Assembly (NCBI GenBank): GCA_964244895.1
Contig: CAXTKV010000170.1
Coordinates: 1 to 11,763 of the forward strand
Origin: an uncultured Deinococcales bacterium
Lineage (GTDB): Bacteria; Deinococcota; Deinococci; Deinococcales; JAAFIG01
Length of the DNA stretch: 11,763 nucleotides
Direction of reading: 5' to 3'
Positions 1 to 7,049 of the stretch are shown here, one piece after another. A model generated the notes under the pieces. That model searched no databases and was not told the origin of the DNA. It saw only the letters and a program-made list of their open reading frames with translations. Position 1 is the first letter of the stretch, and each line of letters starts with the position of its first letter. The translations under genes and the position numbers were made by a program.

Positions 1-788
1 CGCGTGTGAGACGCCCAGGCGGCGGGCGTGGCGTCCGCCAGGTAAGAGGTCGTGGCCAGCCCGATGCTCATGCCGCGCGTGCGTTTGAGGATCTCGGTGA
101 TCTGCTCCTGGCGCGGGTCGTCCAGGCTGCTGGCGGTGTTGTCCGGGTAGACCCCTAAGCCGTTGTTGGCGCTCTTGTGGCCGGTGGCGTAGGCGCTGGC
201 GCTGTTGGCGGAATCCGTCACCAGCCCGATCAACCCGGACGTGGCGATGCTGGCGACGTTATCGGTTTTTTCCATCTCGAGCATGCCGTTGGGCTTGCCG
301 TTGGTGATGCCCGTCTTGATGATGCGCGCCGCCGTGACGGTGTTCCAGCCCATGCCGTCACCGATGAACAGGATCACGTTTTTGGCTTTCTTGGTCAAAC
401 CCATGCCGCCGCGCACGATGTTGTACGTGGCCTTGTTGGTGAACGCGCCCGCGTCGTCGCTGCCCGTCACGGCGACCTCCAGGCTGCCCGTCGTGCGCAG
501 GGTCACGTCGCGAACCATGTAGTTCTCGGTGGTGGCGGCCTTGTCGCCCTCGCCCGCGCTTTTCACGAGCGGCTTGCCGAAGTAGCTTTCGGCGCTGCGA
601 CCGCCGACGGTGATCTCGAGGTTCCTGGTCGGGCTTTTCAGGTCGCTGATCTCGACGCGGAAATCGAACTTGGCTCCCGCCAGAAATTTGGCGTTGCTGA
701 CGGGCAAAATGGCGATCTTGGCTGCTTCAGCGCCGCTCACAACGGCGGCGATAGCGGCGGCAGCGATGGTCAATGCGCGTGATTTCAT
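1..788 (-). CDS. phoA: Secreted alkaline phosphatase (PhoA family), 5' part; continues beyond the left edge
   Basis: Manual translation from ATG at 788: MKSRALTIAAAAIAAVVSGAEA (signal peptide)...KAKNVILFIGDGMG...VTDSANSASAYATGHK (catalytic Ser in DSA)...LADATPAAWASHTR. RBS GGAGG lies 7 nt upstream. No stop codon in the window. Confidence 0.93.
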   Translation of the reverse strand, partial: MKSRALTIAAAAIAAVVSGAEAAKIAILPVSNAKFLAGAKFDFRVEISDLKSPTRNLEITVGGRSAESYFGKPLVKSAGEGDKAATTENYMVRDVTLRTTGSLEVAVTGSDDAGAFTNKATYNIVRGGMGLTKKAKNVILFIGDGMGWNTVTAARIIKTGITNGKPNGMLEMEKTDNVASIATSGLIGLVTDSANSASAYATGHKSANNGLGVYPDNTASSLDDPRQEQITEILKRTRGMSIGLATTSYLADATPAAWASHT

Positions 789-807
789 GTTTTGGCCTCC
801 GCGAAGG

Positions 808-839
808 AAGCTAAGAGTGGCGCGTCAGGTTTTTGTCAA
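808..839 (-). promoter_or_regulatory. Putative phoA promoter: 11-bp-period direct repeat (Pho-box-like) followed by a -10 element
   Basis: Minus strand reads TTGAC-AAAAAC-CTGAC-N10-TAGCTT ahead of the phoA RBS. The geometry matches OmpR/PhoB-family activated promoters. Confidence 0.5.
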
Positions 840-877
840 CTCGCGTTCTGGACTGTATTGATTCGCGTGCTGAAGCC

Positions 878-925
878 AAGACCGTCCAGCACGCGAATCT
901 AAAAATGCGTGCTGGACGGTGTTTC
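878..925. repeat. REP-like palindromic element, copy 1
   Basis: Perfect 14-bp inverted repeat ACCGTCCAGCACGC (881-894) / GCGTGCTGGACGGT (907-920) with a 12-nt loop. Degenerate right-arm fragments also occur at 841-859 and 860-872. Confidence 0.9.
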
Positions 926-1004
926 TGTTCACGGTGGCGCGTGTTGCGGGCGGTCGGTCATTGCTGTAGCGTCACCGGAAGTCTCGAGCTTGAGGACTTT
1001 GCTC

Positions 1005-1036
1005 TTGACGAAACCCTGAATTTCGCGCGGAAGACT
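1005..1036 (+). promoter_or_regulatory. Putative promoter of the small ORF (direct repeat plus -10-like hexamer, leaderless)
   Basis: TTGAC-GAAACC-CTGAA-N10-AAGACT-N6-ATG(1043). The spacing is identical to the phoA site. Confidence 0.4.
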
Positions 1037-1042
1037 CTGCGC

Positions 1043-1252
1043 ATGTCGAAACGACGCGAGACGTACATGAAAGAGGCCGCCAACCGTTTCCTCGAGAATT
1101 CCCGTTTCAGCACGCCCGCCGAAGCGGTCGAGGCGGGTGTCCGCACCATCAGCGAGTGGTGCGATTACCTGAACATCGCCCGCGCTCGCTACGGGTTGCA
1201 GCACGAACCCCTCGAGACGAACATCGCCTGGAACGAACCTCAGGCCGCCTGA
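1043..1252 (+). CDS. Hypothetical small protein (~69 aa, MSKRRETYMKEAANRFLENS...EPQAA)
   Basis: 3' part of ORF 833..1252, with GC-rich third codon positions. The upstream extension crosses a REP copy and is probably non-coding. A -10-like hexamer sits 6 nt before ATG 1043. Start is uncertain. Confidence 0.65.
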   Translation: MSKRRETYMKEAANRFLENSRFSTPAEAVEAGVRTISEWCDYLNIARARYGLQHEPLETNIAWNEPQAA

Positions 1253-1296
1253 GCGGATGGATCAGAAACAGCTCGAATCGAGCTATTTTGAGTAAC

Positions 1297-1361
1297 CGAG
1301 AAGACCGTCCAGCACGAGATATATCTGACTCGATGCTCAAGATTCGCGTCCTGGACGGTTT
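1297..1361. repeat. REP-like palindromic element, copy 2
   Basis: GAGAAGACCGTCCAGCACG...ATTCGCGTCCTGGACGGT, longer loop and one mismatch; lies between convergent genes. Confidence 0.85.
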
Positions 1362-1465
1362 TGGCTGATCCTGAAAAGAGTTCGGCGGGGTCAATCTCTT
1401 CACGCTCGCGCCTGTCCGAAGCCTCGGTCTCGAGTTTCGCGGAATGTGTAGGTGTTCCTCGAGCC

Positions 1466-3184
1466 TCAGTTCTTCAACTCGCGCGCGTAAATGTTGTGAT
1501 CCGCCGCGTTGACGAAAAGGGCGCGTCGACCGTCGGGTGAAAGTTGCCACTGGTCGTTCTCTATTTTCGCGTTCAGCGCGGCCAATGTTCTGGACGTGCC
1601 GGTGCGCGCATCGAATTCCATCAACTCGTGGCTCGGTGAGCGCAAGCCGAGCGGTACGTAGACGATCCGGTTCGCGTCTCGCCAACGGAGCGATCCGAAC
1701 CACGACGCGCGGCGCGACTGACCGGTGTTCGCATCCATCACGAAGGCGCCGTTGCGCGCGGCTGAATCGAAGGCGATCGTGTACGCGATCCAGCGCCCGC
1801 CGGGACTGAGGCTGAGGCTGCGAAAGTTGAGGGCTTTGACCAGCACGCGCGATTGGCCGCTTTGCACGTCCAGTACGCGCAAGCTGCGGTCGCGCTCGGT
1901 GGGGTCAGATTTCCCGGTGATCACCAACCGGTTCTCGTCCAGCCAGCCGACCACGCCGCCGCCGTACAGCCTGAGCGCGCGCTTCGGGCTGCTCGAGGTG
2001 AGCCTTGACGGCGCGCTGGTCAGGTTGGCGGTAAAAATATCCGTGGTCAGGCGGTCAAAATTGCCATTCAAAGCGGATACGCTCCACGCGATCCTGGCTT
2101 CGGATGGCGAGTACGACAGGTTGCCATCATTTGTCGGCAAGCTCACTCGGCGACCATCCGAGACGCGTTCCAGGATGCTGCGCGATCCCGGCAAGAGCGC
2201 GTAGCGTTCGCTCGGCGAGATGAACGCCACGCTCGAGAAGGCGGTTTTGATCGCGCCCGGTTCGTGCGGGTTGACGCCGTAGATGGCGGCGTTTCCGGGC
2301 TTGTCCACAGCTTTATCCACAAATAGAACGCGCGCGGAATCCGCGCTCCACGACGGGTTGGCGCAGCACCCGCCGGTCGTCAGTCGGATCTGTCCCAGGC
2401 TCGCGTCATCGTAGGAAGGCGGGACTGAAGGGAAAGCCTCGATTCTGCTCGGCCAGTTCTGGGCGGGGCTGCCGGGCGCGGGTGGCCACGGGCGCGCGAA
2501 TTCGTTCAGCAATCGTTGGCCGCGACGCGCCTGCGGTTGATCGTCCAGGCGCTGCCAGCGCCTCGGGTCGTTCAGATCCCGCTGGAAACCCCGCCCGAAG
2601 CTTCCGGCGAGTGCGAGCGTGCTCCAGTCGGCGTCGATGTACAAGACCGGGTTGAAGAAGCGCTGGTGCGAGGCGTCGCGCACCTCGAGGTGCAGGTGCG
2701 GCGCGCTGATGCAGGTGAACTGCGAATCGCCGGAAAGCCCAATCGGGTCGCCTCGTTTAACGCGCTGCCCGACGCGCACACCGGAACGTTTTTGCAGGTG
2801 CCCGTACAGGCTGGCCAGGTTGCCCGCGTGCAAAATCACCAGGTTGTGCGGCGGCGATCCGTGCGGGCCGTCGACTTCCGTGACGGTTCCGTCCCCGATG
2901 GCGCGCACGGTCGTACCGCACGGCGCGCTGAAATCCAGCCCGAAATGGATGCCCTGCCCGGCGCGGTAATCCGAATTCCTGCGCCGGTAGCCGCCCGTGG
3001 TGTTGCCGTAGGCCTGGGTGAACATCCACGAGTTCGGCCCCGGATCGCCCGCGAACGGCAACCCGAACTGGCGCGAGGGCGGCGCGATCCGGGCATCCGG
3101 CAGCGCTGGCGCGTAATGCGCCAGTCCGACCGCGCCAGCGCAGAGCGTCAGGACGAGCGTCAGGGCTTTCGGGGGTTTGGACAC
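1466..3184 (-). CDS. Exported M23-family metallopeptidase with C-terminal TolB/PD40-like beta-propeller
   Basis: Signal peptide; HxxxD (HFGLD), YGHL, VKRGDPIGLSGDS and HxH (PHLHLE) M23 motifs. The C-terminal half has repeated WSADS/ISPSE/YSPSE/LSPGG/LSPDG propeller-type turns. CATGAT lies 6 nt before the GTG start. Confidence 0.88.
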   Translation of the reverse strand: MSKPPKALTLVLTLCAGAVGLAHYAPALPDARIAPPSRQFGLPFAGDPGPNSWMFTQAYGNTTGGYRRRNSDYRAGQGIHFGLDFSAPCGTTVRAIGDGTVTEVDGPHGSPPHNLVILHAGNLASLYGHLQKRSGVRVGQRVKRGDPIGLSGDSQFTCISAPHLHLEVRDASHQRFFNPVLYIDADWSTLALAGSFGRGFQRDLNDPRRWQRLDDQPQARRGQRLLNEFARPWPPAPGSPAQNWPSRIEAFPSVPPSYDDASLGQIRLTTGGCCANPSWSADSARVLFVDKAVDKPGNAAIYGVNPHEPGAIKTAFSSVAFISPSERYALLPGSRSILERVSDGRRVSLPTNDGNLSYSPSEARIAWSVSALNGNFDRLTTDIFTANLTSAPSRLTSSSPKRALRLYGGGVVGWLDENRLVITGKSDPTERDRSLRVLDVQSGQSRVLVKALNFRSLSLSPGGRWIAYTIAFDSAARNGAFVMDANTGQSRRASWFGSLRWRDANRIVYVPLGLRSPSHELMEFDARTGTSRTLAALNAKIENDQWQLSPDGRRALFVNAADHNIYARELKN

Positions 3185-3249
3185 GGCTCGATCATGCGCT
3201 CAACGTCCGGTCTCTGGCGATGTGTCCGGTGACAATCGCTCGGGATGAT

Positions 3250-3318
3250 CTCGAGGATACTGTCCCGGACGGCATTTCTTGGGATACGATTTTTGCGTGT
3301 GCGACGGTGTTCTCTGAG
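3250..3318. repeat. REP-like palindromic element, copy 3 (degenerate)
   Basis: CTCGAGGATACTGTCCCGGACG...GCGTGTGCGACGGTGTTCTCTGAG. The outer arms match the family and pair with G-T wobbles. Confidence 0.65.
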
Positions 3319-3461
3319 AGCTTACCGACGAGGGTGAAAGCTCAACCTGAACCTCGAGCGCTCGCGATTTGAGCTCGGCTCGAGCGTGCTCTAACACCCT
3401 TACCCTGGCGCATCGGCATCTCGGAGAACGCCCTGAGGGTCGCGCGTCAGGGGATTGGATC

Positions 3462-4520
3462 TCAGCGAAAGTCGGAGAACCGATCCCGGTGAACCACGTA
3501 CACCACCCCGAGGGCCGCTGCCACCGCCAGCAGGCTCGAGACGCCGTAACTGACCAGCGGCAGGGTCAATCCGGTCACGGGCGCGAGCCCGATGGCCGCA
3601 CCCAGATTCTCGAGCACCTGAAAACCCAGCATCGCCATCACGCCACCGATCACCAGCCGATCCGTATCCGAAGGGCATTCGCCGCCCATGCCGGTCATTC
3701 GCCAGAACAGCAGGCCGTACATCACGATCAAAAAGGCCGCGCCCAGGAAGCCCTGTTCTTCCGCCCAGGGCGCGAAAATAAAATCCGTGTGGTCTTCGGG
3801 CACGAAATTGCCCTGCGATTGCGTGCCTTGCCGGTAGCCCTTGCCGGTCAGCCCACCCGAACCGATGGCGATGCGCGACTGGATCAACTGGTAGCCCTGG
3901 CCTCTGGCGTCCCGGTCGGGGTTGACGAAGATCGTCAGGCGGTTCTGCTGGTACGGTTTCAGGTGCGGCCAGACCAGGGTTGGGCTGGCCACCGCCACCA
4001 CCGCCAGCCCGATCAGCAGGTGACGCCACGGCACGCCGCGCGCCACGATCATGCCGACGATGATGGCCGAAAGCACCAGCGCGCCGCCCAGATCGCCCGT
4101 GCCGACCATCACCAGTCCCAGCATCGGCAAGGACACCGCCGCGATGGGCAGGTAATCGCGTGGGCTCCGGATCGGTCGGGTCATGACGCGCGCCAGCATC
4201 AAAATCAGCGCGATCTTGCCGAACTCGAGCGGTTGGAATTGAAAGAAACCGTGCCCCAGCCAGTTGCGGTTGCCGTTGACTTCCGTGCCGAAGAACATCG
4301 TCATCAACAGCAGAATCAGCGATAGCCCGTACAACGGGACGGCCAGCGCGTACAACCTCGAGCGTCCCAGCCACCACAGCGCGGCGATCGGCACGAGCGC
4401 CAGTCCAGCGCCCAACAATTGCTTCTGGAAGACATCGTGCTGGGCGACGCTCGAGACGGTCAGCAGCCCGATCCCGAGGATCACCGCGATGATGAATGGC
4501 AACCCGATTTCGCGCGACAC
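3462..4520 (-). CDS. rodA: SEDS-family peptidoglycan glycosyltransferase (RodA/FtsW), probably RodA
   Basis: About 10 hydrophobic segments; FQFQPLEFGK, LKPYQQNRL, GYQLIQSRIAIGSGGLTGKG, VPEDHTDFIF and PVTGLTLPLVSYG motifs. Confidence 0.9.
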   Translation of the reverse strand: MSREIGLPFIIAVILGIGLLTVSSVAQHDVFQKQLLGAGLALVPIAALWWLGRSRLYALAVPLYGLSLILLLMTMFFGTEVNGNRNWLGHGFFQFQPLEFGKIALILMLARVMTRPIRSPRDYLPIAAVSLPMLGLVMVGTGDLGGALVLSAIIVGMIVARGVPWRHLLIGLAVVAVASPTLVWPHLKPYQQNRLTIFVNPDRDARGQGYQLIQSRIAIGSGGLTGKGYRQGTQSQGNFVPEDHTDFIFAPWAEEQGFLGAAFLIVMYGLLFWRMTGMGGECPSDTDRLVIGGVMAMLGFQVLENLGAAIGLAPVTGLTLPLVSYGVSSLLAVAAALGVVYVVHRDRFSDFR

Positions 4521-4606
4521 GTTGACCTCGACTGGATTCTCTCCTTCCGGCGCGGCTTGAGGGTGAGAAGGCTCTCAATCTGCGCCCGCGTCGGGCAGGG
4601 TTGTAT

Positions 4607-4660
4607 CTCGAAGAACACCGTCCAGCACGCAATTCCAGAAACGTGTGCTGGACGGTGTTC
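4607..4660. repeat. REP-like palindromic element, copy 4
   Basis: GAACACCGTCCAGCAC (4613-4628) / GTGCTGGACGGTGTTC (4645-4660), a perfect 16-bp inverted repeat just after the dehydrogenase stop codon. Confidence 0.92.
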
Positions 4661-4664
4661 CGCT

Positions 4665-5552
4665 TCAATCCTTCTTCTCGAGCCCCAATTCCTGGCCCGC
4701 CCAGCGCTCCAAGAGTTGCGCGGCGGCCACGTGATCCACGTCCGGCCCGAGTTCGCGCAACGCGATCTCCAGCAGATTTTCCGTCAAGGAGGTCAACGGC
4801 GACGGCACGCGGCTCTCGCGCAGCGCCTGGGACGCGATCCGCACATCCTTGGCCATCAAACCCAGCGCGAAGGTCGCCGGAAACGCCCGACCCACGACGC
4901 GCTCCGGGAACAGGTTCATCGAAACGTTGGAACGCCCGCTCGAGGCGTTGATCACTTCCAGGGCGGTGGCGGTGCTGACCCCGGCCTTCTCGAGGCCCAA
5001 CAGCACCTCCGATAAGCCCAGGATGTTGATCGCCAACATCGCCTGGTTGGCGGCCTTGACCGCCATGCCCGCCCCAGATGGCCCGACGTGAACGACTTTC
5101 GCGGCGAAGGCGTCGATCGCGGGTCGGGCCGTCTCGAGCGCGGCGACCTCACCGCCGATCATGACGGTCAGTTTGCCGCCCACCGCGCCGCCCACACCGC
5201 CGGACACGGGCGCATCCAGAAACTGCACGCCTCTGGTTTCCAGCAACGCCTGAAGTGCTCGGGCGGTGGCGGGATCACCGGAGGTGCAATCCACCCAGAC
5301 CGCGCCCGGTTTGATGACTGTTAATGCTTCGTGCACCAGCGGCACGACTTCCTTCGAGGTCGGCACGCAACTGAAAATCACGTCCGCGCCCATCGCTTCA
5401 GTGACACTCGACACGGCTTTCGATCCGAACTCAAGCGCGTGCGTTTCGGCTTTGGCCGCCGTGCGGTTCCAGACGAGCGTCTCGAAACGTTTGGCCAGGT
5501 GACCCGCCATCGGGTAGCCCATCAGTCCCAATCCTAAAAAAGAGGCGCGCAT
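4665..5552 (-). CDS. NAD(P)-dependent beta-hydroxyacid dehydrogenase (3-hydroxyisobutyrate dehydrogenase/tartronate semialdehyde reductase family)
   Basis: FLGLGLMGYPMA Rossmann motif, FLDAPVSGG substrate motif, catalytic Lys in GMAVKAANQ, F.L.LMAKD. GAGAAT lies 6 nt before the ATG. Confidence 0.92.
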   Translation of the reverse strand: MRASFLGLGLMGYPMAGHLAKRFETLVWNRTAAKAETHALEFGSKAVSSVTEAMGADVIFSCVPTSKEVVPLVHEALTVIKPGAVWVDCTSGDPATARALQALLETRGVQFLDAPVSGGVGGAVGGKLTVMIGGEVAALETARPAIDAFAAKVVHVGPSGAGMAVKAANQAMLAINILGLSEVLLGLEKAGVSTATALEVINASSGRSNVSMNLFPERVVGRAFPATFALGLMAKDVRIASQALRESRVPSPLTSLTENLLEIALRELGPDVDHVAAAQLLERWAGQELGLEKKD

Positions 5553-5565
5553 GCCGCGATTCTCG

Positions 5566-5625
5566 CACGAGACGGCACCGTCTGGGACGTGAGTTGAAAT
5601 CTGCGTCCCAGACGGTGTTCTCGTG
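5566..5625. repeat. REP-like palindromic element, copy 5 (compensatory variant)
   Basis: CACCGTCTGGGACG (5576-5589) / CGTCCCAGACGGTG (5604-5617), perfect 14 bp, plus an outer CACGAGA/TCTCGTG pair. Confidence 0.88.
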
Positions 5626-5805
5626 GGTTATTCCTCGAGAACACCCGAATTTCACGAACGCGATCTCGAGCAGAACCCGATCAGACCGCTCAGGTTTGCA
5701 ATTCGCGTTTCAGCCCGAGATACCCAAAACCCGTCCAATCCGACTGGCGCGCGAGACTGACCGCAATAAAAGTGTCACTTCGCTGGGGAAAGTGTACTTC
5801 TCGCC

Positions 5806-5832
5806 TTGTCAATACGTTTTCAGGCGTATACT
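5806..5832 (+). promoter_or_regulatory. Putative sigma70 promoter TTGTCA-N15-TATACT
   Basis: Near-consensus hexamers with a short spacer, directly upstream of the small ORF. Confidence 0.45.
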
Positions 5833-5845
5833 CCGGGTGTTGCTT

Positions 5846-6142
5846 ATGCGACCCGCCTACTCCTACCCGCTCGGCCCACTGGCCGCCCCATCCGACACCG
5901 AAAGCGCTGCGACCCCATCCGTCCTGCGCGGCACGGCCCGAGAAGCCTTCCTGACGCGGCTTCACACCCGGCTCGTCAACCCGGAAGACGAAGTGCTTCT
6001 GGAGGATGAACTCGGACAGCCGTGGGTGGATCGTCCGATTCTGGATCTCTCGGACGAGCGCGAACTCGTGCAAGTCAGTTGGCGCGAGGTCTGCCTGAAC
6101 TGGCCGGACGCGATGTGCAACGACGACGCGGACAAAAAGTAA
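5846..6142 (+). CDS. Hypothetical acidic protein (~98 aa)
   Basis: 3' part of ORF 5594..6142 with GC-rich third positions, preceded by TATACT and followed by a terminator. In-frame GTG 5837 and TTG 5840 are alternative starts. Confidence 0.7.
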   Translation: MRPAYSYPLGPLAAPSDTESAATPSVLRGTAREAFLTRLHTRLVNPEDEVLLEDELGQPWVDRPILDLSDERELVQVSWREVCLNWPDAMCNDDADKK

Positions 6143-6162
6143 GCGCCAAAAACAACCCCACC

Positions 6163-6191
6163 AAAGCCCGAGCCTCGCGCTCGGGCTTTTT
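6163..6191. terminator. Intrinsic terminator, probably bidirectional
   Basis: AAAGCCCGAGC-CTCGC-GCTCGGGCTTTTT between convergent stop codons at 6142 and 6208. Confidence 0.85.
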
Positions 6192-6207
6192 CGCGCCTGA
6201 AAATGCC

Positions 6208-6834
6208 TCAGGTCGTCCAGCGCGAGAGAACCCGAGGTCCGAAGGTGTAATTCAACTGCACCAGCACGATAAAACCGATGCTCCAGTACGTGTTGAAAAC
6301 GCACAGGGCCGCACCGAGCGCATAGAGCGTCTGGGCGACCACGATCCGGCGCTTGATGACCACGGAAAGCTCAGCTGGCGTCTCCGGTCTAACCAGCCCC
6401 GCCCGGATCGCGTAAGTCCAACTGCCGTACAGCACGACCCCCAACAGCAGCACGTTCAGCCAGTAGATGATCAGCGCCGTGCGGAAGGTGATGAATTCTG
6501 CCAGCAAGTTCGTCGAAAACGGCATCAGCGCCACCGCCGCCAGGAACGCCAGGTGAATCCAGGAAAGCTGACGGTCCGCGCGGCTGAACTGGCTGAGTTG
6601 CGCCTGCTGCCCGACCCAGAAAATCCCGAGCGTCAAGAACGACAACAGGTACGTTGCCACGCGCGGCGAGAGCCCCGCCAGCGCGCGCCAGAGATCCTGC
6701 TCGGTCTGAACGCTTTCCGGCGATGGAACGCGAATCTCGAGCACGATCAAGGTCATGGCGATGGCGAACAGGCCGTCGCTCAGGGCAGCGATGCGCTCCA
6801 GGCTGGTCGCGGCGAACCGGTTGTATAAGCTCAT
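6208..6834 (-). CDS. TMEM175-family (DUF1211) potassium channel-like membrane protein, 208 aa
   Basis: RIAALSDGLFAIAMTLIVLEI (RxxxFSD-like TM1), YLLSFLTLGIFW and ALMPFST motifs; about 6 TM segments. Start placed at ATG 6834, with CATAGT 7 nt upstream, because the longer ORF runs through a REP copy. Confidence 0.9.
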   Translation of the reverse strand: MSLYNRFAATSLERIAALSDGLFAIAMTLIVLEIRVPSPESVQTEQDLWRALAGLSPRVATYLLSFLTLGIFWVGQQAQLSQFSRADRQLSWIHLAFLAAVALMPFSTNLLAEFITFRTALIIYWLNVLLLGVVLYGSWTYAIRAGLVRPETPAELSVVIKRRIVVAQTLYALGAALCVFNTYWSIGFIVLVQLNYTFGPRVLSRWTT

Positions 6835-6889
6835 CGGTTTCACTATGGCCTTCGGCGAAAACACAATCAAGGGTGCGCCCGGTGTTCCC

Positions 6890-6942
6890 CTCGAGAAGAC
6901 CGTCCTGCACGCATATCTCGATTCGCGTCCCGGACGGTGTTC
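6890..6942. repeat. REP-like palindromic element, copy 6
   Basis: CTCGAGAAGACCGTCCTGCACGC-N12-GCGTCCCGGACGGTGTTC between divergent genes. Confidence 0.85.
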
Positions 6943-7049
6943 CTGTGCTCGCCCAATTCTCGCCCGAGCCCCGCCCATCGCGCTAGAATGGCGTTCCACA
7001 GCCATGCTCGAGCCGAATCCCGGCCCGAGAACCCCAAAGAGGTGAGCGC

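Noticed and set aside
177..782. Plus-strand ORFs 177..782 and 205..522
   Set aside because: Antisense shadows of the alkaline phosphatase, which has clear motifs on the minus strand.
3402..3453. Weak hairpin CCCTGGCGC...GCGTCAGGG after the rodA stop
   Set aside because: Long loop, imperfect stem and no U-tract; cannot be called a terminator.
3369..4668. Long alternative ORFs 3369..4325 (+) and 3400..4668 (-)
   Set aside because: They overlap rodA antisense or out of frame and have Arg/His/Gly-rich composition typical of non-coding frames.
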